Source of the DNA: Deltaproteobacteria bacterium
GTDB taxonomy: Bacteria > Myxococcota > Myxococcia > Myxococcales > 40CM-4-68-19
DNA length: 64,000 nt
Direction of reading: 5' to 3'
Assembly: GCA_005879805.1 (NCBI GenBank)
Contig: VBKL01000053.1
Coordinates: 93,520-157,519 of the forward strand
The notes below the pieces were generated by a model, which saw only the letters and a program-made list of their open reading frames with translations, made no database searches and had not been told where the DNA came from. The translations under genes were made by a program, and so were the position numbers. Shown here one piece after another: positions 46,291 through 55,555 of this stretch (position 1 is its first letter; each line of letters opens with the position of its first letter).

Positions 46291-47033
46291 CAGTGCGCGC
46301 CCAGGTAGGCCTCGATCACGCGTTTGTCGCTCTTCACCGCCGCGGGCTCGCCTTCGGCGAGCAGCTCGCCGTGGGCGAGGCAGTAGATGTACTGGGCGAG
46401 CCCCATCACCACCCGCATGTTGTGCTCGATGACGAGGAGCGTGATGCCCAGCTCCGCGTTGATCCGGCGGAGCCGGTCGATGAGATCGTTGATGAGCGTC
46501 GGGTTGATTCCCGCCGTCGGCTCGTCGAGGAGCAGCATGCGCGGCTCGCTCATCAGCGCCATCGCCAGCTCGAGGAGCTTCTGCTGACCAAAAGAAAGGT
46601 CGCCCGCGCGCAGGTGGCGCTTGGCGTGGAGCCCGACGAACTGAAGGAGATCCTCCGCCTTCTTGGTTTCCGCCGCCGAGGGACGTGCGAGCATCGACCG
46701 CCAGGAGAGCGCCGCCGGCGGAACGCTGATGAGCAGGTTCTGGACGCAGGTCATCTTCCCGTAGATGCGCGTCTGCTGGAAGGTGCGAAGGAGGCCCAGG
46801 CGCGCGATCTGCGGCACTCGCAGCCGCGAGACCTCCTCTCCACGAAACTTGATGGAGCCCGAGTCGATGGGATGCGTTCCCACGATGGAGCTGAAGAGCG
46901 TCGTCTTGCCCGATCCGTTGGGACCGATGAGCCCGTAGATCTTCCCTTCGGGGACCGAGAGGCTCACGTCGCGGTTCGCCACCACGCCGCCGAAGGTCTT
47001 GCGGACGCGCGTCACCTCCAGGATGGGCGTCAC
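46290..47033 (-). CDS. livG: branched-chain amino acid ABC transporter ATP-binding protein
   Basis: The GTG start lies 6 nt after GGAGG. Walker A GPNGSGKTT, signature LSFGQQKLL, Walker B LLLDEPT. Confidence 0.9.
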   Translation of the reverse strand: MTPILEVTRVRKTFGGVVANRDVSLSVPEGKIYGLIGPNGSGKTTLFSSIVGTHPIDSGSIKFRGEEVSRLRVPQIARLGLLRTFQQTRIYGKMTCVQNLLISVPPAALSWRSMLARPSAAETKKAEDLLQFVGLHAKRHLRAGDLSFGQQKLLELAMALMSEPRMLLLDEPTAGINPTLINDLIDRLRRINAELGITLLVIEHNMRVVMGLAQYIYCLAHGELLAEGEPAAVKSDKRVIEAYLGAH

Positions 47034-48007
47034 CCGCTTGCCTCCGCGGGCTTCGCTTCTTCCACCCGGTGCCCGAATTTCTCCGGCCACTTCTCCCGCG
47101 CCCAACCCAGGATCCCGACGGGAAAGAAGATGACGATGACCACGATGAGGAAGCCGAGCGCCACCTGCTGCCAGTCGAGCAGGTATGTCCAGAACAGCTC
47201 CTTCGTGATGTGGAAGATGACGGCGCCGAGGACGGGGCCCCAGAGCGTGCCCTTCCCTCCCAGGATTGCCATGAGGACCATCCACACGCCGTACGTCGAA
47301 CCCGCGAAGGCCGTCTCGCGGGGATCGATGAACCCGCTGACGTTGCCGACGATCGCTCCGCCGATGCCGAGGAAGAATGCGGACACGCACCAGGCGGCTG
47401 TCTTGTAGCGAGTGGTCCACAGACCCATCGCCTCGGCCTTGTCCTCGTCGTCGCGGATGGCGTTGACGGCGAGGCCGAACCGTCCCCCGTAGAGCCAGCG
47501 CAGGGTGAAGAACGTGGCCACCGCCAGAGCAGCCGCCAGATAGTAGAAGAACGTCTCGCGTCCGCCGAGGGCGCCCGGATACTGCGGTGGAACCATCCCG
47601 CCGCCTCCGCCGACGAAATCCCATCCGGCGGCCAGCTCTCCCGCCGCGATGCCGAGGCCGAGCGTGCCGATGGCGAAGTAATGTCCGCGCAACCCGAGAA
47701 TCCCCGACCCGAGGATGGCCGCGACCGCGACGGCCGCCGCCGCGCCGGCCGCGATGCCGAGAGCGAGCGTCGCCGGATAGGAGAAGTGCGCGTCGCGCTG
47801 CACGACTGCGCACACGTACATCCCGATGCCAAAGAAGAGGACGTTGCCGAACGAGTTGTAGCCCATCTGCCCGCCGAGCAGGTCCCAGGTGAGCGAGAAG
47901 ACGATCATGATGACGAGGTAGGACATCTGCGTGCGCCAGGCGGGAAGCAGCGCGGGGAAGGCGATCAAGAAAGCGAGAACGGCGGCGCGGAGGATCGAGC
48001 GCTTCAT
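47030..48007 (-). CDS. livM: branched-chain amino acid ABC transporter permease
   Basis: 325 aa and polytopic. Start and stop overlap the neighbouring genes. The upstream part of the 746-aa ORF is shadow. Confidence 0.88.
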   Translation of the reverse strand: MKRSILRAAVLAFLIAFPALLPAWRTQMSYLVIMIVFSLTWDLLGGQMGYNSFGNVLFFGIGMYVCAVVQRDAHFSYPATLALGIAAGAAAAVAVAAILGSGILGLRGHYFAIGTLGLGIAAGELAAGWDFVGGGGGMVPPQYPGALGGRETFFYYLAAALAVATFFTLRWLYGGRFGLAVNAIRDDEDKAEAMGLWTTRYKTAAWCVSAFFLGIGGAIVGNVSGFIDPRETAFAGSTYGVWMVLMAILGGKGTLWGPVLGAVIFHITKELFWTYLLDWQQVALGFLIVVIVIFFPVGILGWAREKWPEKFGHRVEEAKPAEASG

Positions 48008-48903
48008 GCCAGATACCGGCGCTGACGCGCGAGCACGATCCGCCGCGAGATGAGGATGACGACGAGGAGACCGTAGACGAACGCGATCTGGTACTCGGCG
48101 CCGAACAGGAAAGCCGAGATGTTCTCCGCGGCGCCGAGCCCTATCGCGGTCGCAAGCACGGCCGAGATGTTTCCCAGCCCGGCGACGATCACGATCATGA
48201 AGGAACGGATGGTGTAGGGCAGGCCGATGTACGGGTCGACCAGATACGTCATCGCCACCAGCGCGCCCGAGGCGCCGCAGATGGCGGCGTTGACCCCGAA
48301 GGTCCAGGCATAGACGCGATCGGTGTCGATACCCATCACCCGGGCCGCTCGCGCGTTCTGCGCGGTAGCGCGGATTGCCTGGCCCATCCGCGTACCGCGC
48401 AAGAACCAGACGAGGACGCCGCCCGTGGTGAGCGCGGCTGCGAAGGAGATGATCTTGATCCAGGTCACGGTGACCGCGCCACCGAACATCGAGATGGTGC
48501 CGAATCCGGCCTGCGGCGTCCTCACGTCGGGCGAGAACGCCACCTTGGCAAGCTGCTGGATGAGGATGCTCAGCCCGAAGGTGGCGAGGATGGAGATGAA
48601 GAGATCCTTGTCGACGATGCGGAAGATGACGACGCGGTAGAGGAGCCACCCGACCACGAACAACAGCGCGGCCGCGACCGGCACCCCGAAGAGGGGGTTG
48701 ATGCCCGCCTTGAAAAGGAAGAAGGCGACGTATCCCCCGAGCATCACCAATTCGCCCTGCGCGACGTTGATGATGTTGAGGACGCCCCAGACGAGCATCA
48801 TGCCGTAGGCGGCGAGGGCGAAGATGGCGCCGATCAAGATCCCGTCGAGGAGGAGTTGGACGGTCAGGATGGGCGCGTCGAAGAGGAGGCGGAGGTTTTC
48901 CAA
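48004..48903 (-). CDS. livH: branched-chain amino acid ABC transporter permease
   Basis: 299 aa and polytopic, a LivH-like pattern. Confidence 0.88.
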   Translation of the reverse strand: MENLRLLFDAPILTVQLLLDGILIGAIFALAAYGMMLVWGVLNIINVAQGELVMLGGYVAFFLFKAGINPLFGVPVAAALLFVVGWLLYRVVIFRIVDKDLFISILATFGLSILIQQLAKVAFSPDVRTPQAGFGTISMFGGAVTVTWIKIISFAAALTTGGVLVWFLRGTRMGQAIRATAQNARAARVMGIDTDRVYAWTFGVNAAICGASGALVAMTYLVDPYIGLPYTIRSFMIVIVAGLGNISAVLATAIGLGAAENISAFLFGAEYQIAFVYGLLVVILISRRIVLARQRRYLA

Positions 48904-48906
48904 GAG

Positions 48907-50148
48907 TTAATTCGTCGGCAGCTTCCGCGGGTACTTGATCTTCGTCTCCGCCCACTTGCTGGGGAACACCACTTTGTAGTCGCCGCCCTGCACCTGGTAC
49001 AGCACCATCGGCTTCTTGGTGTTCTTTCCCGTCTCGTCGAACTTGATGGGTCCGTAGAAGGTCATCACGTCGGTCTTGGCGATGGCGTCGCGGACCTTGG
49101 CGGGATCGAGCGAGCCCGCCCTCTGGAACGCATCGGCGAAGACCAGCACCGAGGCAGTCGACTCGGCGGCCTGGTACGGCGCCGGATAGTTGAACTCCTT
49201 CTGGAAGGTCTTCGCGTAATCGTCGGCGCTGCCGAACCACTTGTCTTTGTAGGCGAGCGTCCGATCCCACTGCGAAGCGCAGAGGATGCCTTCCGCCTGC
49301 TTGCCCATCGTCTCGGCGATCTTCGCCGAGTCGCAGTGGGTGGTGGCGACGATGGGAACGTCGATCTTCATCTCCGAGGTCTGCCGGACGAGCAGCGTGG
49401 CGCCTTTCTCGTGACCGGAGACGAGGAGCAGATCCGGCTTCACCGCCTTCACCTTGGTGAGCGTGGCGGCCATGTCGTTGATCTCGGGCGGAAGCTTGTC
49501 GTCGACGAGCACCTTCATGCCGTGCTTCTTCGCCGCCTCGAGGATGCCGGCGCGGACGTCGAGGCTGAAGGGATCGTTCTCGAAGGCCATGGCGATCTTC
49601 ATCGACTTCGGATCGCGGCCGTTCTCCTTCGCCACCTCGGCGGCCATGTTGACCGCGTCGCGCAGGTAGTAGTCCGAGGTGGAGAGCACCCCGAACAGGT
49701 ACTTGTAACCCTCGGTGAAGAGCTCGCGGGCAGCGCCGTTCCCCTCGACGTGCGGCACCTTGTACTTCTCGGTGATGGGCGCGATCGCCTTGGTGAGGCC
49801 GGAGCTGTACGCGCCGAGGAGGAACTTGACGCCGTCCTGGTTGATGAGGCGCTCGGCCAGCTGCGCGCCGCGCGCCGGCGTGGATTCGTCGTCGTAGTAG
49901 ACAATCTTGAGCTTGTACGACTTGCCGCCCACCTTCACGCCTCCCATCTCGTTGAGGCGCTTGATGGCGAGGTCGTAGCCGTCCTTCGTGTTCTTGCCGT
50001 TCACCGAGTACTTGCCGGTGAGCGAGACCGCCGCCCCCAGGTTGATGGTGTCGCCCTCGGTCTGCGCGGTGGCGCCCGTCGGCCCGTACAGAAACAGGAG
50101 CGCCGCTGAGGCCAGTGCCAGTGCCATCTTCCCGGTTGCCGTCGACAT
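48907..50148 (-). CDS. ABC transporter substrate-binding protein (Leu/Ile/Val-binding protein family)
   Basis: 413 aa with a signal peptide. INLGAAVSLTGKYSVNGKNTKDGYDLAI is a type-I PBP motif. Confidence 0.88.
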   Translation of the reverse strand: MSTATGKMALALASAALLFLYGPTGATAQTEGDTINLGAAVSLTGKYSVNGKNTKDGYDLAIKRLNEMGGVKVGGKSYKLKIVYYDDESTPARGAQLAERLINQDGVKFLLGAYSSGLTKAIAPITEKYKVPHVEGNGAARELFTEGYKYLFGVLSTSDYYLRDAVNMAAEVAKENGRDPKSMKIAMAFENDPFSLDVRAGILEAAKKHGMKVLVDDKLPPEINDMAATLTKVKAVKPDLLLVSGHEKGATLLVRQTSEMKIDVPIVATTHCDSAKIAETMGKQAEGILCASQWDRTLAYKDKWFGSADDYAKTFQKEFNYPAPYQAAESTASVLVFADAFQRAGSLDPAKVRDAIAKTDVMTFYGPIKFDETGKNTKKPMVLYQVQGGDYKVVFPSKWAETKIKYPRKLPTN

Positions 50149-50205
50149 CGTCGTTCCTCCGGTGCGCGAAGTTTTGGCCTTACGTCTTATGCGAATCCGG
50201 CGTTT

Positions 50206-51759
50206 TCAACTATCCCTTCGCTGCGGAACGATCCGCTGCAGGACGGCTTCGTCGCCGTTTGCGATGGCTACTTCCCCTTCCAGACGCTCGAAATTGCGGC
50301 CGATGGTCGCGAGGGCGAGCGTCTTTCCCCCCTTCCGGTAGGCGATCGCGCAGTCGTCCTTCTCGATCGAGCCGCTCACGTCGATCCGGTCGAAGGAAGC
50401 GGCATGTCCGAGATAGCTGATCGATACCTCGAAATGGTTGCTCCAGAAGAACGGCACGGCATCGAAGGCCGCGTTCTCGCCCAGCAAGTTGCGCGCGACG
50501 CACTGTCCCATCCGCTCCGCCACCACCCAGTGCTCGATGCGGATGGATTCCCCGGTGCGCGGGTCGGGAAAGCGGGCATTGTCGCCGGCGGCCCAGATGC
50601 CCGGAGCGCTGGTGCGGAGGTTGCGATCGACGACGATGCCCTTGTCGACGCGAAGTCCGGCCCTTTCCGCGAGAGCCAGGTCGGGACGGACGCCGACGCC
50701 CATCACTGCCACGTCGGCGGGCAGCGCGGTGCCGTCGGAAATCCGGACCATGCCCGCCTCGATTGCTTGCGGCGTGCGGCCGAGGTGGAAGACGACGCCG
50801 TGCGCCTCGTGCACGGAGCGGACGTGAAGGCCGACCTCGCGGCCGAGGACACGCTCCATGGGAACTTCCTCGGGCGCGACGACGTGTACCTCGAGGCCCC
50901 GGGTGCGCAGGGAAGCCGCGGCCTCGAGGCCGATGAAGCTGGCGCCGATCACCACGGCGCGCTTCGCCCCGGATGCCGCCGCGATGATCTTCCTCGAGTC
51001 CGCGAGCGTGCGGAGGGTGAAGACGTGCGGCAGATCCGCGCCCGGGATTGGCAACCGGATCGGTACCGCTCCCGTGGAGAGAATGATCGCCTCGGCCTCG
51101 ACGTCTTTGCCATTCTCGAGGCCCAGCCTCTTCTTTCCGGCATCGAGCGAGATGGCGCGGTCCCTCACCCTCTCGATGCGCTGCTCAGCGAACCAGTCCG
51201 GTGGCCGGAGGGGAATCCATTCCTCGGGAGCGCTTCCCGCGAGGTAGTCCTTGGACAGGTTCGGGCGATCCGAAGAAGCATCGGGGTCCGGATCGACGAG
51301 CGTGATCGAGCCCCCGTACCCATGACGGCGAAGCATCTCGGCGGCCGCGAATCCAGCCGCGCCGCCCCCGACGATGGCGACCGAACGCGGGCCGCCGCTC
51401 GCCTTGGGCATGGGAGCGTCCGGAAGCTTTTCCGCCACCCGGAACCGGCCGCCGTCGCGCTCGACGCGGTACCGGGCGATGGGAAAGAGAGCGGGCGCCG
51501 CGATCGGCTCTCCCGTACGAAGGTCGAAACAGGCATGGTGCCAGGGGCAGCGGACGGTGTTGCCGACGATCAGGCCCTCCCCGAGCGGACCGCCGTAGTG
51601 GGTGCAACTTGCTCCGACGGCGACCACGTCGTTGCCCGCGCGGCAGGCGATGACGGCCTCTCCGCTTACCTGGCCGGCGAAGGGCGTGGCGCCCTCGAGG
51701 CGCGAGACTTCGGTCCACTGTCCAAGATCGGGGCCCTTCGGCGGCTCGTTTCCACTCAT
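50206..51759 (-). CDS. Rieske [2Fe-2S] domain fused to an FAD/NAD(P)-dependent pyridine nucleotide-disulfide oxidoreductase (AIF/ferredoxin-reductase-like)
   Basis: The Rieske motifs are CTHYGGPL...CPWHHACF. VAIVGGGAAGFAAA and AVVIGASFIGLEAA are the dinucleotide folds. Confidence 0.9.
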   Translation of the reverse strand: MSGNEPPKGPDLGQWTEVSRLEGATPFAGQVSGEAVIACRAGNDVVAVGASCTHYGGPLGEGLIVGNTVRCPWHHACFDLRTGEPIAAPALFPIARYRVERDGGRFRVAEKLPDAPMPKASGGPRSVAIVGGGAAGFAAAEMLRRHGYGGSITLVDPDPDASSDRPNLSKDYLAGSAPEEWIPLRPPDWFAEQRIERVRDRAISLDAGKKRLGLENGKDVEAEAIILSTGAVPIRLPIPGADLPHVFTLRTLADSRKIIAAASGAKRAVVIGASFIGLEAAASLRTRGLEVHVVAPEEVPMERVLGREVGLHVRSVHEAHGVVFHLGRTPQAIEAGMVRISDGTALPADVAVMGVGVRPDLALAERAGLRVDKGIVVDRNLRTSAPGIWAAGDNARFPDPRTGESIRIEHWVVAERMGQCVARNLLGENAAFDAVPFFWSNHFEVSISYLGHAASFDRIDVSGSIEKDDCAIAYRKGGKTLALATIGRNFERLEGEVAIANGDEAVLQRIVPQRRDS

Positions 51760-51777
51760 GACGTCCTCTCCTGCTTC

Positions 51778-52887
51778 CTAGACCTGGGCCGCGCCGCGAA
51801 ACACGCGATCGGCGAGGGCCGCGACGGGAACCGCGAAAAGGACGATCGCCGTCATCCAGAAGCGATGACCATAGTTCGAGGCATCCCACATCCGATACGG
51901 GGCGAACACTGCCATCTGCGCGGCACAAAGGGCGGCGCAGAGGGCGGCCTCGGCACGCGCCCGCCGCGCGAGGAGGAAGAAGCCGGGCACCGCGAAGAGC
52001 GCTTGAGGCGCGGAGCGCAAGAGCCCGAGTCGAGGATCGACGATCTGCGACCAGAGGCCGGCGAAAAACGGCCGATCGAACATCAGCCGGTGGCTCGGCT
52101 CGATCCGGAATCCTTCGCCGAGGACGCGATCGTAGGGCGTGACGAACGGCGATCCGAACATGTGGAAATCGAGCAGCGCGAGAGCGAGCAACACCGGCGC
52201 GGCCGCGAGCGCGAAGCGGATCGAGGGCCGCAGCCCGGAGGTCGCGATCGCGTAGGTGCCGGCGATCGGCAGGAAGACGAGGTTCGTCCACTTGGCGGCG
52301 ATGGCGAGACCGAAGAGGAGGCCGGCGGCGGCCAAGCGGCGGCTCACGAGCGCGAGATAGCCGCCCACCACCAGCACGGAGGAGAAGACGTCCGGCGAGA
52401 AGTTGTACGCGACGGGCCGCAGGAAGGATCCGAAGGCGAACCAGACCGCGACGACCAGGGCCACGCCGTCCGAGGTCAGGCGCCGTGCGAGGAAGAACAC
52501 GAGCACGTCGAGGAGCGCAACCTGCAGCACGTTGAAGGCGAGAAGCCCCTGGTCGCCCAGCGACGCATAGAAGGGCAGCGCCGCGAGGGGGAGGAGAATC
52601 GGGTGCTTCGGATACCACTCGCCGCGGGCTCCGAGCGCCACCTGGCCCTGCGGGCGCACCACGTTCCAGGCCATGTCGTCGTGGAGATCGAGATCCTTCT
52701 CGCGCAAAAGTGACAGAGCCGTCGCGCGATAGAAGGGGCAGTCGCCCGGAAGATACGTGGGGAGATGGAACGGCCGGCCGTCGCTCCCGCGGTACACGCG
52801 ATCCTCGATCTGCGGCCGGACCTCGTCGAAGTAGAGGCCGGCGACGACGGCGAGGAAGAGCGCCGCAGCGGGAGCTCCCGCCCTCAC
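51778..52887 (-). CDS. polytopic membrane protein, GT-C glycosyltransferase-like (putative)
   Basis: 369 aa with at least 9 hydrophobic segments. The first extracytoplasmic loop is acidic (EKDLDLHDD), as in ArnT/PMT-type enzymes. Weak assignment. Confidence 0.5.
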   Translation of the reverse strand: MRAGAPAAALFLAVVAGLYFDEVRPQIEDRVYRGSDGRPFHLPTYLPGDCPFYRATALSLLREKDLDLHDDMAWNVVRPQGQVALGARGEWYPKHPILLPLAALPFYASLGDQGLLAFNVLQVALLDVLVFFLARRLTSDGVALVVAVWFAFGSFLRPVAYNFSPDVFSSVLVVGGYLALVSRRLAAAGLLFGLAIAAKWTNLVFLPIAGTYAIATSGLRPSIRFALAAAPVLLALALLDFHMFGSPFVTPYDRVLGEGFRIEPSHRLMFDRPFFAGLWSQIVDPRLGLLRSAPQALFAVPGFFLLARRARAEAALCAALCAAQMAVFAPYRMWDASNYGHRFWMTAIVLFAVPVAALADRVFRGAAQV

Positions 52888-54044
52888 AGATGGACCTGCG
52901 CGATCCAGCGGGGCCAGAGCGAGTCGTTATGGATGCACTCCGCGAGGAAGGCGAAGATGGCGAGCCGGGCAAGGCGGACGGCAGGCCTGCGCGCCGGCGC
53001 GCCGAGCCAGGGCACCAGCGCCATCGAGTACCACGAGTAGTTCTGCCGCACCTGGGTCAGGACCAGCGCCAGCCAGGCAACGAGGCCCGCGTCGAGCGGC
53101 GAGCGCGCCCAGACGAAAACGGCTCCCGCGGCCACGGCGAGAGCGGCCCCTTCCAGGAGCGCGGCACGATCGAGGGCAGCGGTTCGCAGGAAGAGGGGAT
53201 TCATTTGCATCGGGTAGTCGAGAAGTCCCGGCAACGCGAGCGCGAAGGTCGCGACGGAGACGGCGAGAAAGAGCACTCCGACGGCGATCTTCACCTGGTC
53301 GGTGCGCTGCAACGCCGTGCGTCCGCGGAACACCAGCACGGCGGCGGCGAGGCCCCAGGGCACGTAGTACAGGGCGCGGAAATGAAGCAGCATCGCCACC
53401 CCGAAGGCGAGGAACGCCGAGGCCCCGAAGCCCGCGGCGAGGAACGCGTCGCAGAGGAGCAGCGGCAACACGATCGAGGCGTCGTAGAAACCCTCTAGCG
53501 ACCAGTGGATGAGGACGCTCGCGCCGAGCAGGGCGCAGAAGGCGCCGAGCGGGCCGTCGACGCGATCGAGGATGGCGAAGATGGCAACGTGGGCCAGGGC
53601 CAGGCAGAGGACCACCAGCAGCCGGTCGATGGTCGCCGCGCGGATCGGCGTAAAATGGTAGAGCGCCGCCATCGGCGCGAAGAGCAGCAGATCGCCCGGC
53701 GGGTAGAAGCGCGTCAGGAAAGGCCACGACTGCTGCATCGGCTTCTGCGCGGGCCATCCGTCCACGTGGAAGAGACAGCCGTCGGGGCAATCGACGATGT
53801 CGGGCGGCAGCGCCGCGCGTTCTCTGGGCGTGACCCTCCGCTCCATCCCGGCGAGCGGGGTCGTCCATTGGCGCACGCCGGCGCGCGGGAAATGCCGCGC
53901 GTCGTTCATGTGCGAGAAGTGATCGGTGAAGAAGCCGTTCGAGAGATCGCCGAAGGGATGCACCTTGCGGGTCATCTCCCACGCGGAGAACCCCGCGAAC
54001 GATGCGGCGGTGAGTGCGACGGCAAGCCGCCTTCGCCAAGGCAC
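52884..54044 (-). CDS. polytopic membrane protein of unknown function
   Basis: The stop overlaps the start of 51778..52887 (4 nt). Many hydrophobic segments. The start is uncertain; I chose GTG 54044 to avoid overlapping the divergent M28 gene. Confidence 0.5.
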   Translation of the reverse strand: MPWRRRLAVALTAASFAGFSAWEMTRKVHPFGDLSNGFFTDHFSHMNDARHFPRAGVRQWTTPLAGMERRVTPRERAALPPDIVDCPDGCLFHVDGWPAQKPMQQSWPFLTRFYPPGDLLLFAPMAALYHFTPIRAATIDRLLVVLCLALAHVAIFAILDRVDGPLGAFCALLGASVLIHWSLEGFYDASIVLPLLLCDAFLAAGFGASAFLAFGVAMLLHFRALYYVPWGLAAAVLVFRGRTALQRTDQVKIAVGVLFLAVSVATFALALPGLLDYPMQMNPLFLRTAALDRAALLEGAALAVAAGAVFVWARSPLDAGLVAWLALVLTQVRQNYSWYSMALVPWLGAPARRPAVRLARLAIFAFLAECIHNDSLWPRWIAQVHL

Positions 54045-54127
54045 GACGCCTTCTACCGGGGGCGGCCGCAAGGGACAAGGAACCCGCCCCCATGCCAGAG
54101 TGCGCCTCCCGCAAGGAGGATGTCGCA

Positions 54128-55555
54128 ATGGCGCTCGCAGTTCTCTTCCTCGTCGCCGCACCCTACCCTCCGGCGCTCGCCGAGCGGGTCGTCGGAACCG
54201 CCTTGCGCGACGGCGTCGCGTACTCGCGGCTGCAAGACCTGACCGATTCGGTGGGACCGCGGCTGACTGGCTCGCCCGGAGCGGAAGCCGCGGTGGCCTG
54301 GGCCCTGCAAAAGTTCCAGGAGGACGGCGTATCCGCGCACACCGAGCCCGCCACCGTTCCCCACTGGGTGCGCGGCGAGGAACGCGCCGAGCTTCTGCCC
54401 GCGAAAGGCGTCGCCGGATTGAAGCTCGCCGTGACCGCGCTCGGCGGAAGCCCGGGCACGCCGTCCGACGGGATCGAGGGCGACATCGTCGAGGTGCATA
54501 CCCTCGCCGAGCTGCAGGCGCTGGGCGCCAGCGCGAAGGGCAAGATCGTCTTCTTCAACCACGCGATGAGCACGGCGTCCGGGAAGACGACCGGCTACGG
54601 CGCTTTCGTCGATCTGCGAACGCACGGGCCCGCCGAGGCAGCGAAAGCCGGGGCGGCAGGCGCGTTCGTGCGGTCTCTCGCGACCGCCAGCTTCCGCTCG
54701 CCGCATACCGGCGCGACCGATTTCGCGGAGGGGGCTCCCAAGGTGCCGGCGGCGGCCATCTCGACCGAGGATGCCGACCTCTTCCACCGCCTGCTCGCGA
54801 AAGGCGCGCAGGTGCGCGTGAAGTTGTGGCTCGGGTGCAAGACGCTGCCCGACGTGCAGTCGGCGAACGTGGTCGCCGAGGTGCGCGGCCGCGAGAAGCC
54901 CGAGGAAGTCGTGCTCCTCGGAGCGCATCTCGATTCCTGGGACCTGGCGCAGGGGGCGATCGACGACGGCGCCGGCGCGGTGATCGTGATGGAGGCCGCC
55001 CGTCTCGCCGCGCAGCTTCGTCCAGCACCCCGTCGCACGATTCGCGTGGTCCTCTTCATGAACGAGGAGAACGGGCTCGCCGGCGGGAAGGCGTACGCCA
55101 AGGCCCATGCAGCCGAGGCACCCCGCCACGTCGCAGCCCTCGAATCGGACAGCGGAGCAGGCCGCCCGCTCGGCATCGTCCTCCGCGCCGGCGGAGACGG
55201 AAAGGCGCTCCTTGCGCCCTGGCTCGCGCCGCTGCAGACCGTCGGCGCAGCCAGCTTCGTCGACGGCGAGGCCGGAGGCGCGGACATCTCCCCGCTCGGA
55301 CCGCTGCAGGTTCCTTTCGTCAGCGTGCGCCAGGACAACACGCACTACTTCGACTTGCACCACAGCGCGGCCGATACTTTCGACAAGGTCGATCGCGACG
55401 CTCTTTCCAGGACGGCTGCCGCAGTCTCCTGGGTCGCGGTCTCGCTCGCCGAGATGGAAGGAACGCTGGTGCGGCCTCCTCCGACGCCGCCCCGCCAGCG
55501 CGCTGCTCCGGATCAACCGCAGCCGGCGGCCACGCCGCCACGGAGCAATCGATGA
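54128..55555 (+). CDS. M28-family metallopeptidase (aminopeptidase), exported
   Basis: Signal MALAVLFLVAAPYPPALA. Zinc ligand contexts are GAHLDSWDLAQGAIDDGAG, MNEENGLAG and HHSAADT. A PA-domain-like insert is present. Confidence 0.88.
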   Translation: MALAVLFLVAAPYPPALAERVVGTALRDGVAYSRLQDLTDSVGPRLTGSPGAEAAVAWALQKFQEDGVSAHTEPATVPHWVRGEERAELLPAKGVAGLKLAVTALGGSPGTPSDGIEGDIVEVHTLAELQALGASAKGKIVFFNHAMSTASGKTTGYGAFVDLRTHGPAEAAKAGAAGAFVRSLATASFRSPHTGATDFAEGAPKVPAAAISTEDADLFHRLLAKGAQVRVKLWLGCKTLPDVQSANVVAEVRGREKPEEVVLLGAHLDSWDLAQGAIDDGAGAVIVMEAARLAAQLRPAPRRTIRVVLFMNEENGLAGGKAYAKAHAAEAPRHVAALESDSGAGRPLGIVLRAGGDGKALLAPWLAPLQTVGAASFVDGEAGGADISPLGPLQVPFVSVRQDNTHYFDLHHSAADTFDKVDRDALSRTAAAVSWVAVSLAEMEGTLVRPPPTPPRQRAAPDQPQPAATPPRSNR

